Below the pieces are notes generated by a model. That model saw nothing but the letters and a program-made list of their open reading frames with translations. It had not been told where the DNA came from and ran no database searches. This document shows, one piece after another, positions 11,970 through 23,757 of a DNA stretch of 64,000 bases. This DNA is from Convolutriloba macropyga (taxonomy: Eukaryota): the NCBI RefSeq assembly GCF_964194025.1, contig NC_134477.1, forward strand, positions 52,452,001-52,516,000, given 5' to 3'. A program made the translations under genes and the position numbers. Within the stretch, counting starts at the first letter, position 1; every line of letters begins with the position of its first letter.

Positions 11970-14900
11970 GTGCGCGTATATGTTGGTAGACTGATTTCCT
12001 ACTATGCAAGCGCAGATGCGTAATGCAAAACGTGGAAATTGACTCACGTGAAGCTTTTTTAAGCATGCGTGGTTAAGTTTTTTTTGCTTTGATGGTTTTT
12101 GTTAAATCCCAAGGTCTATTACATTTTTTAAAAGTTTTTTGGACATTTTCATGAAGCTTATACGCTTGAATATTTTAATTAAGCAAAGATTTAAAAGCTT
12201 CCTTTACACATAGGATTGTTTTTGGATTGAAACTACCCAATAACAGATATCACCGCCAGAAACAATGGAATTAAACCTCACTTTACTGTCAAAGATGCAT
12301 CATTTTATTTAAATGCAATATATAACTTAGTTACTCCAATAAAAAGGAATATTTGGAAGCTTGTTTTTCCGTAGACTGCGTATTGATTAATGAAAGCGTG
12401 GATAAATAATGCAAAACGTAAAAGTTGGATTTAAGTCACGTACGTTTTTTAGGCATGCGTGGTTAAATTATTTTTTGACAGTTTTCGTTTATATGCCATG
12501 GTCCTAATTCAGTGTTACTTGTGTTCTTCTGTTTTCCTGTTTTTTACCGGGTTATTTTATTTTCAGTTAAAAGTGGACGGAGGGATTTTCTCATGGGAAT
12601 TGTTTCCTGGACCTATTTGAGTATAATTAGATCTCAAATGTCTAGATATAATATCGTATAAGAAATTGATCGAAAAATTATATCAAATTAAGATTTTGTG
12701 TTACCCCAAAATTTTCGTACAATTGATTTGTTGTCGACTTTGAATCTGATTTTGTTAGAGTTGACTTTGTGGGTGAATGTTTTCTTTTATAAATCTTTGA
12801 TGTATAGCTAGTGCTGAACCTATGGGTTACCTGTTTTTAAAGGAAAAATTTTTAGGGCTTAAAAATTAACTAACATGATGTTTTTGTTCAAAATCTTGAA
12901 AATTGTTTTTCCATACAATCAAGTCTGATTTTGGGTAAGTTTTATCCGCTCCAGGCCTTTTTAAGTCAATTTTGATGAATTTTTATGTTTTTAAGTGGAG
13001 TATAAAAGTTGTGCCATTGAAAAGTTCGAAGAATTGAATCGAACTTTTTTGGAATATTTTTTCGCAAAGAATCAATCTGGCTTAAAATTTTCATTTTCAT
13101 TACGCTTAAACACTTAAATACTTTAATTATGGAGGGGCTTGAAAAAGCGTTCTATTGAAACATAGGGTCAGTTTTGGCAAAAAACCCGGCGGAAACTCTC
13201 AACCCATATCAGAAAGGAAACCAGAAGTAACGGAAATGAACCCCACTTTACTGTAAATGATGCGGCATCATTTCAATTAAATGGAATAAATGACTTTTTT
13301 TTACAAGCTGAAAAGAAAAGGTCGAGTGCGCGTGTATGTTTCTAGAGTGAGTTCCCAATTATGAAAAACGTGGAAATTGGATGTTGACTCGCTTGAAGTT
13401 TTTTTAAGCATGCCTGGCTAAGTTTTTGCTTTGATGATTTTTGTTAAATCCCATGGTCTATTACTTTTTTTAAAAGTTTTTTTTGACATTTTCATGAAGC
13501 TTATACGCTTAGATATTTTAATTATGCAGAGGCTTAAAAAGCTTCCTTTTCACATAGGATTGTTTTTGGATTGAAACTACCCAATATCAGATAGCACAGT
13601 CAGAAATAACGGAAATAAACCCCACTTTACTGTCAAAGATGCATAATTTTATTTAAATGCAATATAACTTATTTATTCCGATAAAAAGAAAATTTGGGTG
13701 CGTGTGTATGTCCGTAAACTGCGTATCGATTAATGAAAGCGTGGATAACTAATGCAAAACTTGAAAATTGGATTCAAGTCGTAGTAAGTTTTTTTAAGCA
13801 TTCGTGGTTAAAATTTGTTTTGACAGTTTTCGTTTATCTGCCATTGTCTTAATTCAGTGTTACTTGTGTTCTGTTTTCCTGTGTTTTTTAACGTGTTTTT
13901 TTATTGTAAATTAAAATTGGACGGAGGGATTTTCTCATGGGGATTCTTTCCTGGACCTATTTGAGTTTCATTAGATCTCAAATGTCTAGATATAATATGG
14001 TAACAAAAATTGATCAAAAAATTATTTTATCAAATAAAGATCTTGTGTTACCCAAAAAGGTTTGTTCCATTGTTTTGTTTTCGACTTTGAATCTGATTTT
14101 GTTAGAGTTACTTTGTGGGTGAATGTTTTCGTTAGAAACTTTGTTTTTCGTTTCATAAAAACGAAGAATTTTAGTTGTCCCATAGTTATGTTGATTAAAA
14201 GCAGACGGTTGTTTTCAGCCACGATCGGTCAATAAAGTAACCTATTCAACAGAGTGCCATCAAAAGCAAATGAAATGTTTCCACAGGTGTTTGAATTTTA
14301 GTAACAATTGGTGATCTAAACTATCGGTCAGAACTCGAGCTACACAAGTCTTTCAAATTAACCTTATTTTTATTTTATTTTCAATAATGAGAACCTCAAT
14401 GGCATTATTGGGGGCATAAATTTTTTAAATCTAAATTTTAACATTCAAAATTGGACAATTTTGTTATTGAAAAACCACAAAGAATTATTTTGGCCGGAAA
14501 ATACCTGAAAATTTTAAAACAGGGATTGATCAGCCTGCTCATGTTGCTCATTTGGGATTGCTTATTCGTTCAAATAGGTAATTGGGAATACGTATCTCTG
14601 ATAAACGTAATTTTCTGCATTATTTGCATTATTTTGCGATTGACGGTTTGGATCAGTAAATCTGAATGCACGTTACCGATCGTCCTTGTTCCAATTAATA
14701 TCATACATGCCAAATGCCCATGCGGACATTGTATATATCAGTCTATCAAGTGCTATTTGGTAAAGTGTTCAGAAATTTTTTGTTTCTGTTCCCTATTTCA
14801 GCAGCTTTCAAATTTGGGAATTGATTTTTATACATTCTCGAGACAGTTTTCTTTTTTTTTCTCACTGGAAATGGCGCCCAATTTTAGATTTGTAATGAAT

Positions 14901-15319
14901 TATACATTTACATGTTTGAATACAAAAAAATCTCACTCAATAAAACGGCATGCATGTTGTCTTTAAGGTCTTTTTATACGCTGTCTGAGAATAGCAATGC
15001 GTTATTTGAGGGTATTTACAGTTATTGCGTTCTTTCATTCACTCAAAAATTTCTATTGAACAATTTTGTTCCTTATTACATAAGGGGGTGGGGGTTAAGA
15101 GCCGGTGCAGGGCGAAGTCCAAGAGCAGAGCTTAAAAGTGAAAGACGTACCTTGAATTTTCCACTTGCTTCAACACCCGTTGTTATTTGTTGTTTCCAGA
15201 TTACCTCTACGTCTCGGCTTTGCGTTTGAAACTGTTGAAACGAGCGATGTTTTATTGCCGTCCATAGCGATACTTGGTACAAGCTATCATGCTAAATATT
15301 ACACTATGAGTTTTTCCTT

Positions 15320-15800
15320 AATTGCTCTCAAACGAAGTTTGTAGCATTTATATTAGCCCTGTCGGTCTTTTATGCGATTTTTCGTCTGACCCATTTGACT
15401 TTTCGTCCTCAAAAACGGTATAAACAAGTAGCGCCCAGTAGCCATTAAGTGCTCTTAGAGCGATTCATCCCACTAGTCTCCCAGTATGCGATTCACAGAA
15501 ACTGTTTTGGAAACTTACTTATGGTGTGAAGGGCGGTTCTTAGATGTTGACCCCACCCTCCCCTCACAACCCCCCACCCGACAACCCCCACCCCTCATCA
15601 GCCCCCCTCTCACCCCCGCCCAATCCCCACCCCTGCAAATCGTTTATGCCGTGCAGCCAAAAACCCCCACCCCCGCTGCGCTCACCTCAGTTAAGCTAAA
15701 GCTAGCCTCACTAAACCGTGGCTAGCTACTGACGAAACCAAACTCTCGCCGGTTGTTTGAGAGCAATTCGCTTGACGTTAGTTGGTTATGCTTATTGTTT
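15320..15800 (+). mobile_element. Non-autonomous Helentron-like (HINE/DINE-1-type) element, family A
   Basis: Perfect 14-bp inverted pair AATTGCTCTCAAAC (15320) / GTTTGAGAGCAATT (15755), a short tail beyond the 3' repeat, T-rich flanks, C-rich variable centre; many related copies in the window. Confidence 0.75.
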
Positions 15801-16022
15801 TTTTTAAATAAGAAATTAAAAAACTTTAAGACATTGCTTTAATATATTTTTCTGTTGGTTGTGTTTGAGCAACGTCGTTCTTTTTGATAAATCCTCGATA
15901 AATTGGGTGTAATGCTAAATACTTAGAAACTGAGGAAACAGTTGTTTGGATGTTTTGTTCAGCTCAGGTCAGGAATAACATTGAGTTCATCTGTTACAAT
16001 AATATTTCAGGTTAGCTAAAAA

Positions 16023-16726
16023 ATGTTGACAGCACTAAAAGTGCCCACGAGTACCAGAAGTTGCATTTGCTTCTCAAATCGATTCTGTGAGTTTCAAAGA
16101 AGAGCGCGTTCAACAAAAGTAACGGAAACAGCGACCAACACTTCACCTTTTCAAACCTTCATTAGCACAGAAAAAGATAAATTTTTGACAGGAAAGAACT
16201 ACAGTTACCTATCAAGTCCGTACAAATCTACGAATCATTTGAGAGAAATCGATGCAGAATCAAATTTAACAAATCGCAAACATGATTTTAAATTGGAACC
16301 TGTTACGCGTGCTGAGAAAGTTGCCAAGTCTATAGTCAATGGCTGGATTATCATAGTTGATAAAATTTCCGGCTTCCAGAAATCGGAAAAGACGAAGCAA
16401 ATTTGGCTCAGCAAGTTGGTTTTGACTGAAATGTTTTTAGCAAATGCACCGTTAGTGGGCTCAATGGTTTATCATACGAAAGCTGTTTTGAACCCTGGCC
16501 GAGATATGGGTACAGTTTCAAGATATTTGACACACGCTGATAATTTGAGGCATTCGTTTGTGGCTTTGTTAGAGATTAAAAACCCGAATTTGTTTTACCG
16601 CTTGACTACAACTTTATTTCAACTGATTGATATGGCATATTGGGCTGTTGCAATGTTTCCGGCTCCTCGGTGGAACCATAGGATGGTTGCATACATGCTA
16701 GAAGATTCCATCCAAGTTTTGAATGA
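16023..16726 (+). CDS. Alternative oxidase (AOX)-like protein, coding exon 1; metal ligands degenerate
   Basis: Arg/Ser/Thr-rich N-terminus resembling a mitochondrial presequence; gapless similarity to the AOX core (WLSKLVLTEMF ~ W..R..FLETV, RDMG ~ RD.GWI, ADNLRHSF ~ AENERMHL, PRWNHRMVAYMLEDS ~ PRF.HRFVGYLEEEA); phase-2 donor GA|GTAAGT at 16727; acceptor TTTCAG at 16010 implies an upstream non-coding exon. Confidence 0.88.
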
Positions 16727-19429
16727 GTAAGTTGTTGTGGATCTTCTCTTCCACCCAACCCCTCGCTATCTACACTTCCTCGGCAACTTGTTTAGAGTTT
16801 GATGTTTACCCCCTCCCGCGAGCGTTTTATTTCAGTCCCTATATAACTAGCCGTAAGTAGAGGTGGAAGGAACTGTTTTTTTTTTGGAGGGGGGGGGGGG
16901 GGGGGGTTGGCAAGTCTGCTAACGCAGTTTTCTATTCCATGAGAATTAAAAATTTGATTAGTTTGAATACTAAATAAACTGATCTACAAACGAAGGAAAT
17001 CAACTGTAGCCTTGAATTTTTGTTTTATGAAACAGCAGTTAATTTTTTTTCTGTTAACATTTGTTTCAACTTAACTGAGATAGCCAGCTTAATTACGTTT
17101 ATTGTTTAAATGTAAACAACAGCAAAGCGAATACTTCATCCAAATTGCAGTAATAGGCCTCTCCCATTATAACCCTCATTTATATCTACATTATAATAGT
17201 ATGTGTGACTTTACTTTTCATGAGCACTAAGGTTTGGGGGGGGGGGGGGGAGAGAATTTGCCCTTTACGTGAATTATACATTGCCCTGTTGTTTACTCGT
17301 ATATACTCCTGCAATAGTAAAGGGATCCAAAGACAGGTGTGATTAATTGCTCATTTTGCCCCTCTTTTCTCCTCGGTACTTGTAAATTTAGAAGCGATCT
17401 ACTTGTTTGTGGACGCTTATTTCATCAGGAAATGGAAACTTTTTATTAGAGCTGTGCGCAGCTGTAAGCTGAGAGAAGCTATATTGCGGTGTCCTTGGTT
17501 TTATACGACTCGAAGAGGAGTATTGGTTTTTTTAAGGTTTTTTTTTTACCGGAAGTACTTTTTGTCCATGAAAACTTTTCGTTCAAACTTTTTTTCTCGT
17601 ATTTAAGCGGCGAATTTCGTTTTCGTTCACGTGAAATTCGGCCTAATGCACTGCTGTAATGTTTGTCGTATAGTTTTCGTATTTGCTTGCTGCATTGTTG
17701 CTCATTTAACTTGTTGTATTTATTTGACTGGTTATCATTCCCCTTCTCTGTTTTGTCATATTTATCTATAATACAACGACCTGACTCTTCTCATTAATGC
17801 CTTCCCTCGAAGAGTGACTGATTATATTTCTGCTGAATAATTGCGTTCTCCCCCCCCCCCCCCCTCCACACACACAAACACCCACTAATCCCCTACAACC
17901 TTATTTCTCTACCACCCCACCCGCCACAGCGTTTCATTTTATAAACCTCATCTTTTGAAACTTTCATTTCTTTCCAAAACTTTGATCTAAATCACATTTC
18001 AATTTTCTGTTATAGAAAATGCGTGTTAAATATAATTTATATATGGACGTAAATTGGTTGAAGAAACATTGATGAGATTAACTGGAATTAATGGTTATAA
18101 CTATAACTGATAAATATAAGCATTCAGAAAATACAAAGTTGTTTAATTGTCCATAACTGCATTTAGTTCATCAATTGGTGTCGTTGTTTGCCATTTCCTT
18201 TTGTCTACAATACCACCGTCTGCCCCTTATAACTTGTCTTTCAGAAGGGCACTTCATTATCATCGATCCCTTTTTTGTCCTTTTAGTGCGTTTCTTTTGA
18301 TTATAGCAGCAACATTTTGTGTTAATTTATCGTGGTCCTTGAAAAGTGTTCCTTTTGATAATTTTCTAAATGTTGGTATAAAGGACGTGGTCTCTTGATA
18401 CATTCCTCAGGTAACTCGCACTTCCAGGCTTTTGTTAGAGATTAGGGCTTGGTTGTGTTTGTTTGCTCTGCAGTGTTCAGCTTCTGACGAATTGAACTTT
18501 ACAATTGCAAAAATTTTCTTGTTCCTTTTGACCTTCAATCAAAAATAGCTGTAACCTGTTTTTTTCCGATTAACTTTTCCAGCTCCCCAACCATTTCACT
18601 TATTGAGATTGGTGCCTCGTTCTTATTTTTGAATTCAGTTACTTCCTTACCGACTATTTTAACATGCAGACAGGGCATGTTGTTTGTCAGTTTCAGTTCT
18701 TTCCAACGTTTCCGCCGTGGAAGTATTTTTCTAAGCTTGCACGAGCATCTGAGACAATAAACTGTTTCGTCAAGTTTCACCCGAGATAGGCTTTCCTCAG
18801 CGTCCTAAAAAGAAGCATCAATGAGTACCCGTAGAGAGAGTGATTTACACCGGCAAAATTGTGACTTTGTGTTACTTTTGTGACTTTTTTGTGTTAGTGT
18901 TGGACTGCGAGTCTAAGTAATTATAACGGTGAGGTACCTTTTGCGCTAAATTTTTTACTTTGAATCGAAGGAGGTCTCGACGAAAACCAGCTTTAATTTT
19001 GTGTGCTTTGTAGTTTCATTGCTGATTAGCCGCTTCAACCATATCGCGAACAATTTGTTTCGCATATTCCTCTGTATAAACGGATTTTTTTTTGCTTTCA
19101 TTGAATTTTCAATATAGTTTTGCTTCATAGTGATAAAATTTAAGAGATCTATACAAAATTTCATTAAACGCTACGGAAGATGCTTATAAGTCAATATGTA
19201 TAAACGTTTATGATATCAATCTTCAATTTTGCCAGATTGAAAGTCGACAATAATTTGACCGTTTTCGATTTACACAACTGATGCTGAATTGCTGTGCGCT
19301 CGTAAAATTGTACGAAGTTTATAAAATGCCTTGCAACATTAAGGAAAACTAACTGCATCCTGTTATTTGACAATTTTCTCCAGACGTGTGGTCTCAATGA
19401 GTCCGACTTCCTTGCTGCTCTCAAGTCCT

Positions 19430-22400
19430 CCGTACTTCAACCCAAAGTTTTTTTGCGGCGATCTCCAAATGCGGTTAATTTAAATGCATACAACCCATCT
19501 TTGCTCTATCTTTGGAGAGGGAACATGGATTGCAGTTTATAACATTTGTGTATTGCGCTGAAAAATTTATCTGTGGTTACCTTTCGAAGCCAAACAAAGT
19601 AATGAGTGACTTGATGCGTACAGCGACTCGGATCCTTCTTTGTAATAACGAGTTATGCGCTCAAGAGGCTTGTATTCTGCTTCTACAGCAACCACTGCTT
19701 TCTTCAACCCGCACTGTTGTTTTAATACGTCTCCACCTGATGATCGCTCCGTGACGTTGAAGGAGAGTGAAGATATTGCTGATGTACCAGACGATAGTCA
19801 TGATGTGTACTTGGAAAATTTTCAAATGCGTTATATACGACGGCCGGATAATATTGAACATATTTGCTTGGCCGTATAGATATCTGAATTCAAGATGGTT
19901 TATAATTCAAGTTCGCTAAAAGAGATAGCAGTTCAAAAGACGAAATTGAGGAAAATGATCTTATTATTCTGAAAGATAGACATATGGTTTGTCCGATTAA
20001 AAACAGCAAAAGTTTTCGAACAACTCGTTTTGTCAGTTTCTCTGAAAAGTCAGACCCTGAGAAATGTTGTCGCGAACAGTTAATGTTATATATTCATTTT
20101 CGTTGCAAAGTTGAATCAAATATCCTCAGAAATTTCCAAGCTACGATCGTTATTATGATTTGAGAAGTCAAATTGAGGTTAAAGGGATGAAATTCTGCTT
20201 CTGGTACAATGAAGTAGAGATTGCTCTTGAAAAAGTTGCTAAAGAACCTGAATTAACTGAAAGTTCTGCGGCCACACGTCTGGCTCCAAACATTTGCTCC
20301 ATCGATGAAGACGACATTTGCTACGGCCTCAGAAATATCACAAATCCTATCGATCTCGAAGGTAGCAGATTTCTGCGCATGCCAAGCTTCGATTAAGACG
20401 AGCAATGCTACGAAATGATTGCATTGATCAATGAGCGTCAAGAAAAGTTCTTTCTGGAGGTGCTTTTCCGCGAAGCAAATCGTTTTCTCTACAATTCAGT
20501 TGGTAAAAACAAGTTTGTTGTTTTTGGCTGGCTGCGCTGGAATTGGGAAAAGCCTGTTAATTTGTCAGTACTTCAAATTATTCTACTATCTTTTTTTATA
20601 AGTAGCACACTCTTAATGGAATGGCTGCACTGTCTGTAAACACGTCTAGTGAGTTAAATTAAAAATTGATGCTTTTTTGCTTTAGTGTGGTGTATTGGGG
20701 ATTAATTCGTCTTTTCCGTGAATATGCGATGAATGTTTCAAAGCCAAGTGTTTGTCTGAGGCTCATACTCAAATGGCAGCAAAATGCATCAAAGGAACAA
20801 CCTTGCATAGTCTCCTTGGGCTCAGTTTCGGAAGTTCTCTGCATGCTATGCGTGAAATTTCCTCGATTACGCTCAACGCCTATCGCTGGGCGTCGTCAAA
20901 ATTGCATGTTCTATTTATTGAGGATATATCTTTTGTAGGATGTAATTTCCTTCAGTATATTGATTACCGATTGCGAAATTTAAGAAAAATCGATAAACCC
21001 TTCGTTGGAATTAGTGCTTTCTGTTTTGGTGACTTCTGCAATTAGAGCCTTTTCGTGACAGAAACTTTCTCGAAATGTGTAGCGGTGGGTATTCGAATTT
21101 AACCGAATTTTTCTGGAAATTTTCAAATGTTTGAGACAAAAAGATTACTCGTGGTGTCAACTCCTCAGACGTCTTCGTGTCGGAAAATTGCTTGCTGAAG
21201 ATTACATTAGATTCAAATGATAAATAGAACTTGTTGGTAACGGATACCGCCTGGAACGCCTCATGCATGTAGGTTGAGTTCAAAAGTGCGAGCTCATGAA
21301 ATTGGCCAATCATACTGCGGAGAATTATCTAATACCTGCCATTGACGCTGTAAACGGTAAGTTTGCGAGAAATGTTGAGCTGTCTCGAGAATTAATTGAA
21401 GTCGCCAAAACTATGCATGAAGACGAAACATCAGGACCGGCTGTAGGCTTGCCGTATATTGTAACTGTGAACATTGATAGAGAAGATGGTTTGGTGATTA
21501 GATCATTACGGCAACTCATGGACATCAGTTTTGAAAACACGGCAGTGAAGTTTATATGGATGCAGTTTGAAGACGACATAACCGGAAAGGAAAACCGTCA
21601 AAAAATGAAGAAATTTTAACCTACTCAAACTTCTTGGAATTGGACAGCCATTGTAAAAATTGTTCGGACGTTTTGTTTTGCAGACAGGAAAAATTACTCT
21701 AGCAACTTAACCCTCGATAGAACTCAATTTCCTTTACTTCAGGCCTCGGCTCACTCAATGCACAAATTTCAAGGCAAAAATTCTTTCAACTGTTTAGCAT
21801 CTGATTTGGAGAGCGGGAAATCTGTTCCAACACATCATTAAATGAGTCTGATTTGATGTCCACCGGAAGAAGTAAATTATATAATTTTGTCATCTTTTCG
21901 CGTATCAAATCAAAGCGAATGAAAAAGCACTTGGTGAAACGGAGCGTTTAGAAAAAGAAGCTCGGTTGCAGTTCTAGTTCTCGTATCCTAAACGTGAAAG
22001 AGGGACTTTGAATATTGCATTCGTCAATGTTGAAAGCTTATCTAAGTACTAAAACCATATCAAGGCGTCTGTAATTTATTCTAATTGCGATATTTTATCT
22101 CTTGCAGAATCCTGGATTAAGTTGCAATTTGTCGTCAGATTATGAAATCCCTCGTTTTAATCTACAACGTTTTGACTGACCAGGGAAAGTGAGACAGCCT
22201 GCTGCAATTGCACTTCACAATCAAGGGGTAATCCTCTTAGCAACAGGTCTTAACTACCCACTACGTTATGGTAGAAGTAGCACCTCAGTAAGGTTCTTTC
22301 GTCATTCTCACATAAAATGTTCTCTGATGAAATACCAAAACGTTCATCGTTTGTAATATAAATTCTTATAGTCGTTCTCTCATAAATAATTCTCTGATAA

Positions 22401-22855
22401 ACAATTTTTCATCTTAATTTTTGTATTCATAGTTCTGTGTACGCTCTGTGGATTCGGCAAATTTATATCTTAGTTGTCTGTTCTTTTCGGATTGCTAGTT
22501 TACAAATGCATGCTTATAGTGTTTCTTTCGTTTCTTTGTTGAAGCTGCTGATAGTGCACCATAGACCGCAATCCAAAGTCAACAGCATTCGAGCATTCAA
22601 GAGCTCAATTGGTCGTGAAACTTTCATCCACTGCTCATTATTGGCGACGTTAAGATGAACATGACGGAATCTAATTGGTTATCAAAATTGTTGCTGAACT
22701 GTGGATACAAGTAACAAATCACGTACCCCGCTACTCGGGCATTCACGTACTTGGATAATGTTTTCACTAAGGATCAAAATATGAAAGCAGATGTATTGGA
22801 GTCACCTTTCAGTTTTCACCGACCTATCCTTGCTTCTCTAAAAACTGACTTTTGA
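19430..22855 (+). mobile_element. Decayed Helentron (endonuclease-bearing Helitron) coding region: PIF1-type helicase followed by an AP/EEP endonuclease
   Basis: Fragments NAYNPSLLYLWRGNMD (19483), ELCAQEACILLLQQPL, AGCAGIGKS (~20530), KGTTLHSLL, LFIEDISFVG, FGDF, RTQFPLLQASAHSMHKFQG (~21720), then LNIAFVNVESL (~22008), CDILSLAESW, LIIGD, LDNVFT, SFHRPI; many stops and frameshifts. Confidence 0.85.
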
Positions 22856-22909
22856 TTAATTTTTTCCTATTAGACCTATAAAGTTTGATCTATTGAACTT
22901 ATGATCTAT

Positions 22910-23757
22910 TTAAGTAGAGAAAAAAGAGAAAAAGGGCAAAATTAAGTAATATTTGTATTTTTCAAAAACATTTTTTTAAAGTCATGAAAGCCATTAGCTA
23001 CAAAATGAATTAATTGGGTCCATTTTTTCGGCCAAAGGAAGCGGTTGCGATCTGTAGTTGTTCACAATATGTCTTATGTCTACAAAAAGGACTTCAAATA
23101 TAGACAAAAATGAAAAATTTTTACTTTTTTTGCAAAAAAACCATGCCGAAGCCAGTAAATTCAAATTGAATTCTTTAAAAACATTAGATTTTGTAATCTT
23201 GCACCTTCTCTCGACGACAATAACGTCATATGTGACCTGTAATTAAGGAGACTAGGTAACTAAGAGACAAAAAGAACAAAATTGCGAAGTTAAGAAGTTT
23301 TTTTTTTGTTTTTGAGAACAATTGTTTTCAAAGTAATGAATGCCATCAGCTATCTACTCAAGTCAGAGTATAGGCTCATTTGTTCCTCCATAAAAAACTA
23401 ATGAGTGTGGTCGTTATCCAGGAAATTTCATAGTGAAGTTCATTTCACAAAATTTAAATCAAAATAGTCAATAATACTTTTTTGTCCTTTGTTACTATTG
23501 TTAACAATTTTTACATTTCAGCAATATTGAGGAAAATTTAGGCGAAATTTCCGTAAAATGTGAATAAAATAACGCAAATCGGTCTAATATTCACAAAAAT
23601 TTAAACAATGATAACTCGCTCCAGAAAACGAAATTCAAAAAAAAAATTTTATTTCATTTTCTACACTGGACGATGATACCTCTCACAACTTTCTACGATT
23701 AATATATCGATCGGTCAAAATTGACTGAACGAAAAAAACCCTTTTGAGTATATAGTT
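22910..23757 (-). mobile_element. Dispersed repeat family D (unclassified), inverted and internally deleted copy
   Basis: Reverse complement matches 35820-36100 (AACTATATACTCAAA..GGTTTTT..GTTCAGT.AATTTT) and 37440-37870. Confidence 0.7.

Larger units (their letters stand above)
9400..14130. repeat. Tandem duplication of a ~1.3-kb unit (copy A 9400-12784 interrupted by the LTR element; copy B ~12793-14130), each with an internal sub-repeat
   Basis: Both copies begin ATGTATAGCTA..GAACCTATGGGTTAC and end ACTTTGTGGGTGAATGTTTTC; colinear throughout. Confidence 0.9.

Noticed and set aside
14451-14966. 171-aa hydrophobic, Cys-rich ORF
   Set aside because: Non-ATG start, no recognisable motif, composition typical of AT-rich non-coding DNA
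16023-16730. Treating the 235-aa ORF as a complete, truncated AOX pseudogene
   Set aside because: Its stop lies within a consensus GTAAGT donor, and an in-phase terminal exon exists at 32836-33052
18147-18800. Minus-strand fragment with CxxC (YCLRCSC), possible Helentron accessory gene
   Set aside because: Short and interrupted; no family recognised
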